Notes: generated from the sequence alone by a model not told the origin. DNA of 64,000 nt from Nitrospinales bacterium (GCA_965223345.1 CBDCWG010000012.1:3040001-3104000); one strand, 5' to 3'. Shown: positions 31,441 to 41,840, counted from the first letter of the stretch. Translations and numbers: made by a program.

Positions 31441-32526
31441 ATGACCAAACGCGATTACTACGAAGTGCTGGGTGTATCCCGGGACGCATCCGAAGCGGAA
31501 CTGAAAAAATCCTACCGCAAGCTGGCCATGCAGCACCATCCGGACAAAAATCCGGGTGACCACACCGCAGAAGAAAAATTCAAGGAAGCCGCCGAAGCCT
31601 ATGAGGTCCTCAAGGATCCGGACAAGCGCCGGGTCTACGACCAGTTCGGCCACGAGGGGCTGAAAAACACCGGGTTTTCCGGTCCGCGCGGTTTCGAGGA
31701 TATCTTTTCCTCGTTCGGCGACATCTTCGGCGAGTTCTTCGGCGGCGGCGGTCCCGCCACCGGAGCCGACCTCAGGCTGGATCTCAAGGTCACGTTTGCG
31801 GAAGCGGCGTTCGGCACGCAAAAGGAAGTGGACATCAGCAAGCGCGTCCCCTGCAAAACCTGCGATGGTTCGGGCGCCAAACCGGGCTACCCGCCGCAAA
31901 ACTGCGGCACCTGCCGGGGAACCGGCCAGGTGGTGCGGACGCAGGGATTTTTCAGCGTGAGCACGCCCTGCCCGGACTGCCACGGCGCGGGCCAGGTGAT
32001 CACGCATCCCTGCAAGGTCTGTCACGGCGAAGGCCGCACGATGGAGAAGAAGAAACTCAGCGTCAACATTCCCGCCGGTGTGGACGACGGCAACCGCCTG
32101 CGTCTGCGCGGCGAGGGCGAAGCGGGCGCGGGCGGACGGCCGCCCGGAGACCTCTACGTGTTCGTGCACGTGACCGCGCACGACTTTTTTCACCGCGAAG
32201 GAGAGGACATCCATTGCCGGCTGCCGCTCACGTTCTCCCAGGCCGCGCTCGGAGCGGAGATCGAAGTTCCCCTGCTGGAGGAAGGACAGACCAAGGTGAT
32301 TTCCGTTGCGGCGGGAACCCAGTCGGGGCAGACGCTCAAGATCTCGGGCGGCGGGATCCCCAGCCTGCGCGGGCGCGGGCGCGGCAACCAGATCATCCAC
32401 TTCATGGTGGAGACGCCCAAGCGCCTGAACAAGCGCCAGAAGGAACTGTTCAAGGAGCTGGCCGAGATCGACGGCAAACCGGCCAAGGAAACCTTCAAGG
32501 GATTTTTTGAGAAACTGATGCCTTAG
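31441..32526 (+). CDS. dnaJ: Chaperone DnaJ
   Basis: DYYEVLGV, HPD, four CxxCxGxG repeats. Confidence 0.98.
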   Translation: MTKRDYYEVLGVSRDASEAELKKSYRKLAMQHHPDKNPGDHTAEEKFKEAAEAYEVLKDPDKRRVYDQFGHEGLKNTGFSGPRGFEDIFSSFGDIFGEFFGGGGPATGADLRLDLKVTFAEAAFGTQKEVDISKRVPCKTCDGSGAKPGYPPQNCGTCRGTGQVVRTQGFFSVSTPCPDCHGAGQVITHPCKVCHGEGRTMEKKKLSVNIPAGVDDGNRLRLRGEGEAGAGGRPPGDLYVFVHVTAHDFFHREGEDIHCRLPLTFSQAALGAEIEVPLLEEGQTKVISVAAGTQSGQTLKISGGGIPSLRGRGRGNQIIHFMVETPKRLNKRQKELFKELAEIDGKPAKETFKGFFEKLMP

Positions 32527-32565
32527 GCAAGAACGCGGGGTTGGCGGGGTACGAATTCAGCGCAT

Positions 32566-32601
32566 AAAAAAAAGCCGGTCTGGAAATCCAGACCGGCTTT
32601 T
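32566..32601. terminator. Bidirectional terminator
   Basis: A8-GCCGGTCTGGA/TCCAGACCGGC-T4 between convergent genes. Confidence 0.85.
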
Positions 32602-32630
32602 CTATTAAATCGTTACGATGGAATCGTCAA

Positions 32631-33041
32631 TCAACCACAGGTGACGTTGATGGGAACGGTTCCGGTGTTGGTGATTCTCACTTCACCGCTGATGTCCCCG
32701 ATGGAGTCGCCGCGGCTGAAGTTGCTCTGCTTTTTCAGAACAACGGATTTTTTACCCATGGAATGCTTGTTGGACATTCCCACTTTGCGGTCACCGGGCA
32801 TTCCGTGGTTGTCCGTGGGTCCCAACGTGATGGGAACCGTGGTGTAATTGGAAGATTTCCAGATCACGGCGTTGGCATTGCCCCGGTCACCAGCAGAAGA
32901 ATTTCCGGCTGCTTCCAGAGTGATGGAGTTTGCGTTTTTACAGGTTGTCTTCTGTCCCGGATTGATTGCACCGGCAAACGCGGCGGAAGCAAAACAGATT
33001 ACAGAAATGGCGACGATTGAAACAATGGCGAGTTTTTTCAT
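32631..33041 (-). CDS. Secreted hypothetical protein
   Basis: Signal peptide ending AFA; GGAGG RBS; Cys near both ends of the mature chain. Confidence 0.85.
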   Translation of the reverse strand: MKKLAIVSIVAISVICFASAAFAGAINPGQKTTCKNANSITLEAAGNSSAGDRGNANAVIWKSSNYTTVPITLGPTDNHGMPGDRKVGMSNKHSMGKKSVVLKKQSNFSRGDSIGDISGEVRITNTGTVPINVTCG

Positions 33042-33312
33042 GAGTGTGATCCTCCCTTACCCTTAGTTAAAAAACAAACTTGAATACAATTTCGGATCGA
33101 TGAGGCGTGTTCGGTAGAGCCACCTCCTCCCTGTAGTAGACACCTCAAGTCGTGTTGACTGTTGACTATTTGATTTTAAAAGAACAAAACCCTGAATCGG
33201 GGAATGTGCCGGTTTCATCGGGCCTATCCGAATCCGGATCGTCCAGTTTGGGAATTCGAAACGGGATCCGCCCGAGTTTACTTAAAGCTATTCCAGCTTT
33301 AAGGATTGGTAA

Positions 33313-33340
33313 AGTATACTTAGGAATGAAATCATGTCAA
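33313..33340 (-). promoter_or_regulatory. Sigma70 promoter
   Basis: TTGACA-16bp-TATACT. Confidence 0.55.
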
Positions 33341-33580
33341 TCCTTTTTTAGCTTTTAATGGACAGGCAAACCCCTTCTTACTAGAATGTTAACGAGTTCG
33401 GGCCGGGGGCGCGCGGCCGCGTTTCGGAAGCGCGAACCCGCCGTCCACGGCACTCGCGAAACCCCGCAGTCTTTCGGGAGCCTCCGGGCACAAAAACTCC
33501 ATATAATTCAGAAACCTTCTCGCAACCCGCGTTGGCCGCAACGCGCAGCGACCGCTCACACAACCCGAACGAGTTCCCAC

Positions 33581-34300
33581 ATGCAACGCACCGCCGACAA
33601 AAATCTCTGGGATGAAATCCGCACGCGCATCGTCGGCGGCAACCCCAAAAAACGCTTCATCCGCTTTGTCATCCTGGTGGCGATCGGCCTGGGAACCAGC
33701 TACCTGTTTTTCCGGCAGGGCATCCGGCTGACGCCGGAATCGTTCCGGGATTTCGTGCTGTCACTGGGAATCGCCGGGCCGCTGATCTACACCGGGGTTT
33801 TCATCGTGCGGCCGCTGTTTCTGATCCCCTCCATCGCCCTGTTCATCGCCGGCGGGCTGGCGTTCGGGCCCATCTGGGGGCCTCTGTACGCCTCGTTCGG
33901 CGCGGCTTTGGGGGGAACGCTGGGTTTCTGGATCGCCCGCCACCTGGGGCACGATTTCGTGAAGAGCAAGCTGAAATTCGGCAGCACCGTGCTCGAAAAC
34001 ACCACGTTCAGCACGTCGGTGGTGTTCCTGCTCAGCCTGTTTCCCGTCATGCCGGTGACGGTGATCAACTACGGGGCGGGCCTTTCCCCGATGCGCTTTC
34101 GCAACTACATCGTCGCCCACGTGCTGGGGCTGACGCCGCGCGCTTTCGCCTACGGATTCTTCGGCAGCACGCTGCTGGAAATCGGGTCGCCCCGGTTCCG
34201 CGCCGCCCTGATGCTGCTGCTGATTCTGGGGGTGGTGACGGTGTACTTCAGGCTGCGTTCGAAGCAGACGATGCGAAAAGCGGCGGAAACGGCGGAGTGA
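33581..34300 (+). CDS. TVP38/TMEM64 (DedA/SNARE-associated) membrane protein
   Basis: AGGLAFG, FWIARHLG, INYGAGL; multiple TM helices. Confidence 0.9.
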   Translation: MQRTADKNLWDEIRTRIVGGNPKKRFIRFVILVAIGLGTSYLFFRQGIRLTPESFRDFVLSLGIAGPLIYTGVFIVRPLFLIPSIALFIAGGLAFGPIWGPLYASFGAALGGTLGFWIARHLGHDFVKSKLKFGSTVLENTTFSTSVVFLLSLFPVMPVTVINYGAGLSPMRFRNYIVAHVLGLTPRAFAYGFFGSTLLEIGSPRFRAALMLLLILGVVTVYFRLRSKQTMRKAAETAE

Positions 34301-34324
34301 GGCGGGCCGTTTCCGTGCGGGCGG

Positions 34325-35686
34325 TCACCCGGTGAGCTCGCAGTCTTTCAGGCGGGCGCCATCGGGAATCACAAGCGGTTTAGCCGCACTCCCCGAAAGC
34401 CGGATCGCGCCTTCCAGTGTGACTCCGCGGCCGAAACGCACATCCCCTTCCACGTGCAGGCTTTCGAGATTGAGCAGCCCGGGCGGGCTGGGAATGCGTT
34501 CCTGGTAATCGTCCAGGTTCTGCAGGCAGGAACCGAGCCGCACCTGCGGCAGCGTCTTTTCCTGGCGCGCCGGATTGCGCACCAGACGAGCGTTCTCGAG
34601 CACGAACAGGTCGGACTGCACCAAAAGCAGATCGTCGGTCTTTTTCACGGGCAGGAAACGGTCGCGCGCGACGGTCAGCCCCACGGCCCGGTCGAAACAC
34701 TCCAGCGCCGATCCGATCGCCGTTTCCAGCTGCACGACCGGGGTGTCGCCGACGGTTTTGCGGTTGACGATCACATCCAGATCCAGCGGGCCCTGCTCGA
34801 GTTTCTTTTTCAGGTGCCTAAGGTGGATCCAGATGTTGTTGGTGTTGAACACCTTGAATTTTTTCTGGCTGCAGAACTCCTCCACATGCTCTTTGGGCAC
34901 CCGCGCGATTTCCAGCAGCCTGAGCCGGTCGCCGTCCTGATACAGCGTGCCTCCCTTGACGTCCGCCGCGGTCTTGGGGGTCATCTCCATCAGAAACGGC
35001 AGGTCGTTTTCCAGCATGTGGTGCAGGATGCCGGGATCGAGCACCGCCCCCAGGTTGTCGGCGTTGGAGACGAACAGCACCTCCCTCCCCTCTTCCAGCA
35101 GCCGGTCCAGCAGGCCGTTTTGGTGGATGCAGGCGTAAAAATCGCCGTGCCCCGGCGGGTACCAAGCGTCGAGGCCGAACGTCTCTTCCGACAGGGGTTT
35201 GAAGGAGCCTGCCTCGATGCGGGGAAAGCGGTTCTGCTGAAAGGACGCGACGGACTCCGGGTATTTGCGGATGATTTCTTCGGTGCGGGCGTGGGTGTAA
35301 AAGCTGTTCATCAGGATGAGCGGCACCGCCACGCCGTGGGTGTTTTTCAATTCGGCCAGCTGCGCGACGATCAGATCGAGAAAGGATTGCTCCCCGCGCA
35401 CGCGGATGGAGGATTTGGGTTCGCGGCAGCCCATGCTGGTCCCCAGCCCGCCGTTCAGTTTGCACACCGCCGCTTTCGCCAGATCGCGCGCCGTCTGCGC
35501 GGCGGACGGCTGTTTGAGTACGCTGTAGGGCACCAGTTTGTCCTCGCTGGGCGAGCGGATGGACTCCCAGTTTTCTACCGCCTGAGCGCCCTGCTGAAAT
35601 TTTTTGAACAGCGCCTCGAACGACGCCCTCGCCTGAGTCTCTAAATTCAAGCCCTTGAGGTCCAGGGCCGAATCGGAATAATTCAT
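34325..35686 (-). CDS. UTP--glucose-1-phosphate uridylyltransferase, eukaryote-type (UDPGP family)
   Basis: KLNGGLGTSMG, LMNSFYT, WYPPGHGD, VSNADNLGA, FNTNNIW, QLETA, RFLPVK. Confidence 0.93.
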   Translation of the reverse strand: MNYSDSALDLKGLNLETQARASFEALFKKFQQGAQAVENWESIRSPSEDKLVPYSVLKQPSAAQTARDLAKAAVCKLNGGLGTSMGCREPKSSIRVRGEQSFLDLIVAQLAELKNTHGVAVPLILMNSFYTHARTEEIIRKYPESVASFQQNRFPRIEAGSFKPLSEETFGLDAWYPPGHGDFYACIHQNGLLDRLLEEGREVLFVSNADNLGAVLDPGILHHMLENDLPFLMEMTPKTAADVKGGTLYQDGDRLRLLEIARVPKEHVEEFCSQKKFKVFNTNNIWIHLRHLKKKLEQGPLDLDVIVNRKTVGDTPVVQLETAIGSALECFDRAVGLTVARDRFLPVKKTDDLLLVQSDLFVLENARLVRNPARQEKTLPQVRLGSCLQNLDDYQERIPSPPGLLNLESLHVEGDVRFGRGVTLEGAIRLSGSAAKPLVIPDGARLKDCELTG

Positions 35687-35794
35687 AGGGATTCCTTAGT
35701 TATTGAAATTCTGTGATGGTATTGAAATAATTATCCTAACGATTCACGCAACCGCCGTCTGCGGGCCTCTTTGCAGCGAGCCCGGCGCCGTCAC

Positions 35795-36391
35795 ATGCTG
35801 GCTTTTAAAAATAACATTTACCAGCGGGGAATGTCTTCCGATTCGGCGGACGTTTTCCGGCCCGCCCCCTACGATCTGGTGCTCAAGGCGCTGATGACCG
35901 ACCGGGACCTGTTCGCGGGGCTCAGCAGCCTGCACGAGACCGACGCCAACGACAAGCTGAAGGTCTTTTTTCCGCACGCCGCCCGGTTCGGGCCGTTTCG
36001 CATCCTCAACGTCATCTCCCGCACCCTGATCGAAGCGCTGGTGCAACCCGGACTATGGTACCAGATGAACGCCTACCACCTCTGCTACCTTTACGACAGT
36101 CTGTACGGAACCATCGAGGAATACAGCTACGAGGACCTGCCGCAGCGCCAGACGATCTTTCCGGAGCTGAACGGCGCGCCGATCGACTTCGACCAGTTTC
36201 TCGATAAATTCTTTTTCAACACGGCGTTTCTCATCGACGCGGACCGCTTCAACAACATGGACGCGGAGGAAAAACAAACCCGCGGGTTTGTCGATCCCTG
36301 TCTTTTTGGCGTCATCAACCGGCTGCTGCCCACGGACGAGGAAATCGTTTTACAGGAAATCGCCGACCCCTACGGGGACGCCGCGGCCTGA
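35795..36391 (+). CDS. Hypothetical protein, tandem paralog A
   Basis: Shares many motifs with 36485-37105. Confidence 0.85.
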   Translation: MLAFKNNIYQRGMSSDSADVFRPAPYDLVLKALMTDRDLFAGLSSLHETDANDKLKVFFPHAARFGPFRILNVISRTLIEALVQPGLWYQMNAYHLCYLYDSLYGTIEEYSYEDLPQRQTIFPELNGAPIDFDQFLDKFFFNTAFLIDADRFNNMDAEEKQTRGFVDPCLFGVINRLLPTDEEIVLQEIADPYGDAAA

Positions 36392-36484
36392 AGGCACCCC
36401 CGGTTTTGCGCGCCGGCCAAAGTTTTGTGGATTCTGGTCCGGATCTCCGTATAATAATCTGAGGAAATTGTTCACCACACGGCC

Positions 36485-37105
36485 ATGTTGATCTTCAAGA
36501 ACAACATTTACGATCTCAGCGACTTAAGCCTTCCCGGTCGGACCCCCTCCCCCGACCCCGAATACGACCGCCGCTTCGACCCGAAAAACCTGATCCGCAC
36601 CGCTCTGGACGAAGACCTCGAGACGCTCGATTTCATCGAACGCCAGTATCCGGAATACCGCAAAATGGATCTGCAGAAGTTCTACCCGCGCTCCGGCCGT
36701 ATCGGCGACCTGAACATCCTGCGCGACCTGCTGCAGATCATCAAGGACGGCCTCGACGAACCGAGCACCTGGTACCACATGAACACCTACCACTTCTGCT
36801 TTCTGTACGACGTGCTGATCCGTTTTTCCTTCAACTACAATCACGACAACCGCGAGGAGCGGCTCAGGGCGCTGCCGGAGCTGGACGGAAAACCGCTTTT
36901 CTTCGAGCTGTTCGTGAAGGATTATTTTTTCAACACGGATTTTCTGGTGGACGAGGACCAGTTCAACGACCTGTCCGCCCAGGAAAAAGCCAGCAAGGGC
37001 TATGACTTCCCCTGCCTGTTCGGCGTCATCAACGGCCTGCTCCCCACGCGCGAGGAAATGAAGCTGGAAGCCTCGACCGACTACCCCTACTCGATTTACG
37101 TCTGA
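36485..37105 (+). CDS. Hypothetical protein, tandem paralog B
   Basis: Shares many motifs with 35795-36391. Confidence 0.85.
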   Translation: MLIFKNNIYDLSDLSLPGRTPSPDPEYDRRFDPKNLIRTALDEDLETLDFIERQYPEYRKMDLQKFYPRSGRIGDLNILRDLLQIIKDGLDEPSTWYHMNTYHFCFLYDVLIRFSFNYNHDNREERLRALPELDGKPLFFELFVKDYFFNTDFLVDEDQFNDLSAQEKASKGYDFPCLFGVINGLLPTREEMKLEASTDYPYSIYV

Positions 37106-37536
37106 GGCAGCGCCTCTTCCCCCTTCTCTCCATCCTTCGCGAATTCCCAAATTCCTTTCAGATTCTTTTGCACGACAAAATTCCGGGACCGGCTGACTTT
37201 GATGAAAGAGCCGGTCTGGGGAGTGCTGGCCTGCAGGATTCCGGTCGAGAGACCCGCTTTTTCCACGTCCACCTGGAACACGTCCCAGATTTCCTCGACC
37301 TCCTTCTGCAGCGCGGCGGCGTCCGAGAGCTGAATATCGGTTTCGTATTTCAGCATGAGCGCAGGGTCATCATTGCTGAAGAACATTTTGTACATTCCCA
37401 GAATCCTGACTTCCTTGCCGGATGGCAGTTTATGGATCTGGTACCGGGGACCGCTCTGTGTGCAACCGGCCGCCAGTAAAATCAGGACCGCTGCCAGGGC
37501 CCAAAGGCAGGGATGAATTCGCGGGGGATTCCGCAT
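37096..37536 (-). CDS. Putative lipoprotein
   Basis: LAAGC lipobox; AAGGAG RBS. Confidence 0.75.
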   Translation of the reverse strand: MRNPPRIHPCLWALAAVLILLAAGCTQSGPRYQIHKLPSGKEVRILGMYKMFFSNDDPALMLKYETDIQLSDAAALQKEVEEIWDVFQVDVEKAGLSTGILQASTPQTGSFIKVSRSRNFVVQKNLKGIWEFAKDGEKGEEALPQT

Positions 37537-37916
37537 GGCGCGTCTCCTTTTTTGTTGGGAATTATCTACAGAATAGGTTGTTTTTTATAGTGTTACAAAT
37601 GTTTTTGCCCGTTTGGCCTTACAATTTTAGGGCGCGCGGTTGCGCCCGGATTTTCAAACTTTTTGCTGGCGGCGCGGCCGCGCCGGATTGTGCGGGACGT
37701 TTCCCAGACCGGACGTTATAATGAGAGGAGTGGCTAGCAAATACAGTTTCGCCTTTGGTTCAAGCTCAAGTGGCCTAGTTAAACTTTAAGCTGCGGAAGT
37801 TTTTTTCTTCCCCTTCACCCAAGCAACACCCAGTGTTGTAATGAGCGGGTGCCGAGCTTGGCTCGGCCCGCCCTCTCCCTCTAGGGGAGAGGTGTTATTA
37901 AATCCGGAGAACACTT

Positions 37917-39467
37917 TTGGATAAAATCGTCACTGCAGCGCAGATGCAGGCGATCGACAAGCGCGCGATCGGGCAATTCGGCATTCCCGGACTCGTCCTC
38001 ATGGAGAACGCCGGCCGCAGCGCGGTGAACGCGTTGCAGACGAAGTTCGCCGATCTGCAATCGCAGCGGGTCGTGATCTTCGCCGGCAAAGGCAACAACG
38101 GCGGCGACGGATTCGTGATGGCGCGGCATTTGGCCCATTTGGACGTGAACGTGGAAGTGTTCCTCACCGGCAAACGGGCGGACCTGAAAAACGAAGCCAA
38201 GATCAACGCCGGCATCGCCCACAGCCTGGGCATCCCCATCCACGAGGTGGACGCGGACAACCTGAAATCCTTCGATCACAAACTGCGCCATGCCGACCTG
38301 ATCGTCGATGCGGTGTTCGGAACCGGGCTGGCCAAACCGGCCAGCGGGTTTTACGAGCCGCTGTTCGACGCCATCAACGCGCTGGACAAATTCGTGGTGT
38401 CGGTGGACATCCCCTCGGGGCTGGACTCGGACACGGGACAGGCGATCGGCCCGCACGTGCAGGCAGACCTGACCCTGGCGCTGGCGCTGGCCAAACGCAG
38501 CCACCTGCTGTACCCGGCGGTGGAGTCGATGGGCGAGGTGTGGGTGCTCGACATCGGCATCCCGCAGCAGGCGGTGGAGGCCGAGCGGGTATCCGTCGAG
38601 GCCGCCAGCGAGCCGGATATCGCCGAGTGGTTCGCGAAACGCCCGCGCGACGCGCACAAAGGCCATTTCGGCCACGTTCTCACCATCGCCGGCTCTCCGG
38701 GCAAAGCGGGTGCAGGCGGGCTCGCGGCGCTGGCGGCGTTGCGGGCGGGATGCGGCCTGTCCACACTGGCCCTGCCCGAGGGCTGCCAGAAAGCGGTGGA
38801 GTTCAACCCGCTGGAGACCATGTCGGTGGCGCTGCCGGAAACCGCTTCCGGCGCGCTGGGGCTACAGGCCAGGGCGGGCCTCGTCGAGCAGCTTGCAGAC
38901 AAATCCGCGGTGGCGCTTGGCCCCGGTCTGGGCACCGACGCAGAAACGGCCGCCCTGCTGCGGGAGCTGCTGCCCATCATCGAAGCGCCGCTGGTGATCG
39001 ATGCGGACGGGCTCAACTGCCTGGGCATGGACAAAAGCCTGCTTTCCCTTCTCAAACCGGATACGATCCTCACGCCGCATCCGAAGGAGATGTCGCGGCT
39101 GACGGGAAAAAGCACAGAGGCCATTCAGAAAAACCGCATCGAAGCGGCGGCGGAATTCGCGGCCGCCCACTCGGTGTGCCTGATCCTCAAAGGCGCGGGG
39201 ACGGTGCTGGCGTTTCCGGACGGTTCGGTGTGCCTCAACACCACGGGCAACCCCGGCATGGCCACGGCAGGATCGGGCGACGTGCTGACGGGGATTCTGG
39301 CCGGGCTGCTGGCGCAGGGTTTCGACGTCAAGCAGGCGGCCATCGCCGGCGTCCACCTGCACGGGCTGGCGGGAGACCTTTACGCCGAGGAAAACACCGA
39401 AACCTCGCTGATCTCGGGGGACCTGCTGGATTGTCTGCCGGCGGCTCTGAAACAGGTGCTGGGCTGA
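37917..39467 (+). CDS. nnr: Bifunctional NAD(P)H-hydrate epimerase/dehydratase
   Basis: LMENAG, GKGNNGGDG, DIPSG, HKGHFG, DADGLN, TPHPKE, ATAGSGDVLTG. Confidence 0.96.
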   Translation: MDKIVTAAQMQAIDKRAIGQFGIPGLVLMENAGRSAVNALQTKFADLQSQRVVIFAGKGNNGGDGFVMARHLAHLDVNVEVFLTGKRADLKNEAKINAGIAHSLGIPIHEVDADNLKSFDHKLRHADLIVDAVFGTGLAKPASGFYEPLFDAINALDKFVVSVDIPSGLDSDTGQAIGPHVQADLTLALALAKRSHLLYPAVESMGEVWVLDIGIPQQAVEAERVSVEAASEPDIAEWFAKRPRDAHKGHFGHVLTIAGSPGKAGAGGLAALAALRAGCGLSTLALPEGCQKAVEFNPLETMSVALPETASGALGLQARAGLVEQLADKSAVALGPGLGTDAETAALLRELLPIIEAPLVIDADGLNCLGMDKSLLSLLKPDTILTPHPKEMSRLTGKSTEAIQKNRIEAAAEFAAAHSVCLILKGAGTVLAFPDGSVCLNTTGNPGMATAGSGDVLTGILAGLLAQGFDVKQAAIAGVHLHGLAGDLYAEENTETSLISGDLLDCLPAALKQVLG

Positions 39468-39469
39468 GC

Positions 39470-39955
39470 ATGGCCGTGCGATCGAAAAGCCGCGAGGACA
39501 CCCTAAGACTGGGGGAAATGCTCGGGCAAAGCCTCGTTCCCGGAGACATCGTGCTGTTGTTCGGGGATCTGGGGGCGGGAAAAACCACCTTCACCCAAGG
39601 GGTCTGCCAGGGACTGGGGCTTCCCGAAAACGAATACGTGCGCAGCCCCTCCTTCACGCTGATCAACGAATACCGGGGCCGCTGCCCGATTTTTCACGTC
39701 GATCTGTACCGGCTGGAAACCGCCCGCGACATCGAGCAGCTGGGCCTGGAGGAGGTCCTGTTCGGTAACGGGATAACCATCGTGGAATGGGCCGAAAGAC
39801 TCGCTTTTTCCGATCCTACGGCCGCCTCGCCGGGATACGGGATCGAGGCGCGGGTGGAAGTCCGAATCGGCTTCGGCGAAGAAAATCATAGGGTTTTCGA
39901 TATCCGCCCGGTGGGCCTGAAGGACAGGGAGTTTCCGGTTTTTGCTTTACAATAG
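39470..39955 (+). CDS. tsaE: tRNA t6A biosynthesis ATPase TsaE
   Basis: GDLGAGKTTF, SPSFTL, HVDLYRL, VEWA. Confidence 0.96.
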   Translation: MAVRSKSREDTLRLGEMLGQSLVPGDIVLLFGDLGAGKTTFTQGVCQGLGLPENEYVRSPSFTLINEYRGRCPIFHVDLYRLETARDIEQLGLEEVLFGNGITIVEWAERLAFSDPTAASPGYGIEARVEVRIGFGEENHRVFDIRPVGLKDREFPVFALQ

Positions 39956-39982
39956 CGGCGGTCTGTGGCATTATTTTTATAC

Positions 39983-40000
39983 TTGGTATGGCATTTGCAT
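39983..40000 (+). promoter_or_regulatory. Sigma54-type -24/-12 site upstream of lptC
   Basis: TGGTATG-GCAT-TTGCA. Confidence 0.55.
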
Positions 40001-40031
40001 ATTTTCATAACTTGTTCTTTTTTTATTGATT

Positions 40032-40466
40032 ATGCAAAATCACATCCGTACAATCCTCCTCGTGGTCATCGTGCTGGTCCTGGGCGCCGGCGGGACCCAG
40101 CTGGTGAAACAATATCTCGGCAAAAACAGCCTGGTGACACTCACGGCCCTGAAATCCGGCATCGATATCGAGATCGAGAATTTCGTGGTGGTCAATGAGA
40201 ATTCGGAAGAGAAAATCTGGGAGCTGAAGGCGGATCTCGCCCAGATCGACCAGGAAAACAACCTCACCCACCTGCAAAACGTCGAACTGACGATGAAAAA
40301 TAAAGCCAAACAGGATTTTTGGGTGGTCGCAGATTCGGGCGTCCTGAAAAACGAGACCAACGATGTGGAACTGGAAGGCCACGTGCGGATGATCGGAAGC
40401 TCCGAGTTCGCCAAGGGACGGCTTTCCAAGCAACAGGAAGAGCCCTCGGGTAAGACAAATGAATGA
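40032..40466 (+). CDS. lptC: LPS export protein LptC
   Basis: Single N-terminal TM, WELKAD...ADSG...LEGHV; upstream of lptA/lptB. Confidence 0.8.
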   Translation: MQNHIRTILLVVIVLVLGAGGTQLVKQYLGKNSLVTLTALKSGIDIEIENFVVVNENSEEKIWELKADLAQIDQENNLTHLQNVELTMKNKAKQDFWVVADSGVLKNETNDVELEGHVRMIGSSEFAKGRLSKQQEEPSGKTNE

Positions 40467-41070
40467 GACCTCCCCATACATGCTGCTGAAAACCAGACGC
40501 CTGCTGCACGGGCTCCTGCTGCTGTGCCTGCTTTTCGGGCTTTGCCTGCCGGCCCCGTCCTGGGCGCAGAAAGGCGGCCTCAAGAAAGGCCTGGAATCCG
40601 ACAAGAAGCAGCCGGTGGAGATCACCGCCGACCGCATGCGTTCGGAGAACGGCGGCAAGAAAATCATCTTTTCCGGCCAGGTGGTGGGGCTGTGGGGCGA
40701 TCTCAAGATCACCTCGGACGTTCTGGAAATCTACAATTCCGAAAAGGAAAGCAACGAGACCGAGGAGATCATCGCCATCGGCAACGTGGTCATCACCCGC
40801 GCCAACAAACGGGCCACGGGAGACAAGGCGATCTATCTGGACAAGCAGCAGAAGGTAATCCTGACGGGGGCGCCCAACGCCACCGCGTGGGAGGATCAGA
40901 ACGTGGTGCACGGCCGGGAGATGATCTTCCTGCTGGACAAGGACCGGTTTCTGGTCAACGACCGTGTGCGCATGAAGCTGTACCCGGAAAACAAGGAACC
41001 GCAAAAAGCCAGACAGCCGACCAAGGGCCGGACGGATAAAAAAAAAATCTGGGTTGACGCCAAAAAATAA
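40459..41070 (+). CDS. lptA: LPS transport periplasmic protein LptA
   Basis: PVEITADRM, AIGNVVI, ATGDKAIY. Confidence 0.88.
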   Translation: MNETSPYMLLKTRRLLHGLLLLCLLFGLCLPAPSWAQKGGLKKGLESDKKQPVEITADRMRSENGGKKIIFSGQVVGLWGDLKITSDVLEIYNSEKESNETEEIIAIGNVVITRANKRATGDKAIYLDKQQKVILTGAPNATAWEDQNVVHGREMIFLLDKDRFLVNDRVRMKLYPENKEPQKARQPTKGRTDKKKIWVDAKK

Positions 41071-41091
41071 CTTTTCTTGAAATAAATCAGC

Positions 41092-41814
41092 GTGGAAGGT
41101 TTACAAGCCACCAATCTGGTCAAGTCTTACCGGAAACGGAAGGTTGTCAAGCAGGTCAGCATCAATGTAAAACGGGGGGAAACGGTCGGGTTGCTCGGCC
41201 CCAACGGGGCGGGCAAGACCACCACCTTTTACATGGTGGTCGGCCTCACACGGCCGGACAGCGGCAAGGTGATGCTGGACGACGTGGACGTCACCAATTT
41301 CCCGATGCACCTTAGGGCCATGAAGGGGATGAGCTACCTGCCGCAGGAGCCCTCGGTTTTCAGGAAACTGACGGTGGAGGAGAACATCGTCGCGGTGCTG
41401 GAAACCCAGGACATTTCGAGCTTTGAAAGAAAAAAACGCGCCCGCGCGCTGCTGCGCGAGCTCAATATTCTGCATATAAAAAACTCAAAGGCTTATTCCC
41501 TGTCGGGTGGGGAACGACGCCGGGTGGAGATCAGCCGGGCCCTGGCCACGTCGCCGGTCTTCATATTGCTGGACGAGCCCTTCGCGGGGATCGATCCCAT
41601 CGCCGTCGCCGACATCCAGTCTATCATCTCCCACCTGAAAGACAGGGGGATCGGGGTTTTGATCACCGACCACAACGTGCGCGAAACCCTGAGCATCACG
41701 GATCGGGCCTACATCATCAACGACGGGCAGATCATCTGTTCGGGGCTGCCTTCGGAAGTGGCGCAGGATGAAAAGGTAAAGCAGATTTATCTCGGCAATC
41801 AGTTTTCGTTTTGA
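41092..41814 (+). CDS. lptB: LPS export ABC ATPase LptB
   Basis: [43 protein letters not shown]. Confidence 0.98.
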   Translation: MEGLQATNLVKSYRKRKVVKQVSINVKRGETVGLLGPNGAGKTTTFYMVVGLTRPDSGKVMLDDVDVTNFPMHLRAMKGMSYLPQEPSVFRKLTVEENIVAVLETQDISSFERKKRARALLRELNILHIKNSKAYSLSGGERRRVEISRALATSPVFILLDEPFAGIDPIAVADIQSIISHLKDRGIGVLITDHNVRETLSITDRAYIINDGQIICSGLPSEVAQDEKVKQIYLGNQFSF

Positions 41815-41840
41815 ATCATCGCTAGGAGGGGACGGGTTTT

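Noticed and set aside
38540..39469. Long N-terminal extension of tsaE (471-aa ORF)
   Set aside because: Out-of-frame overlap with nnr; the real ATG is at 39470
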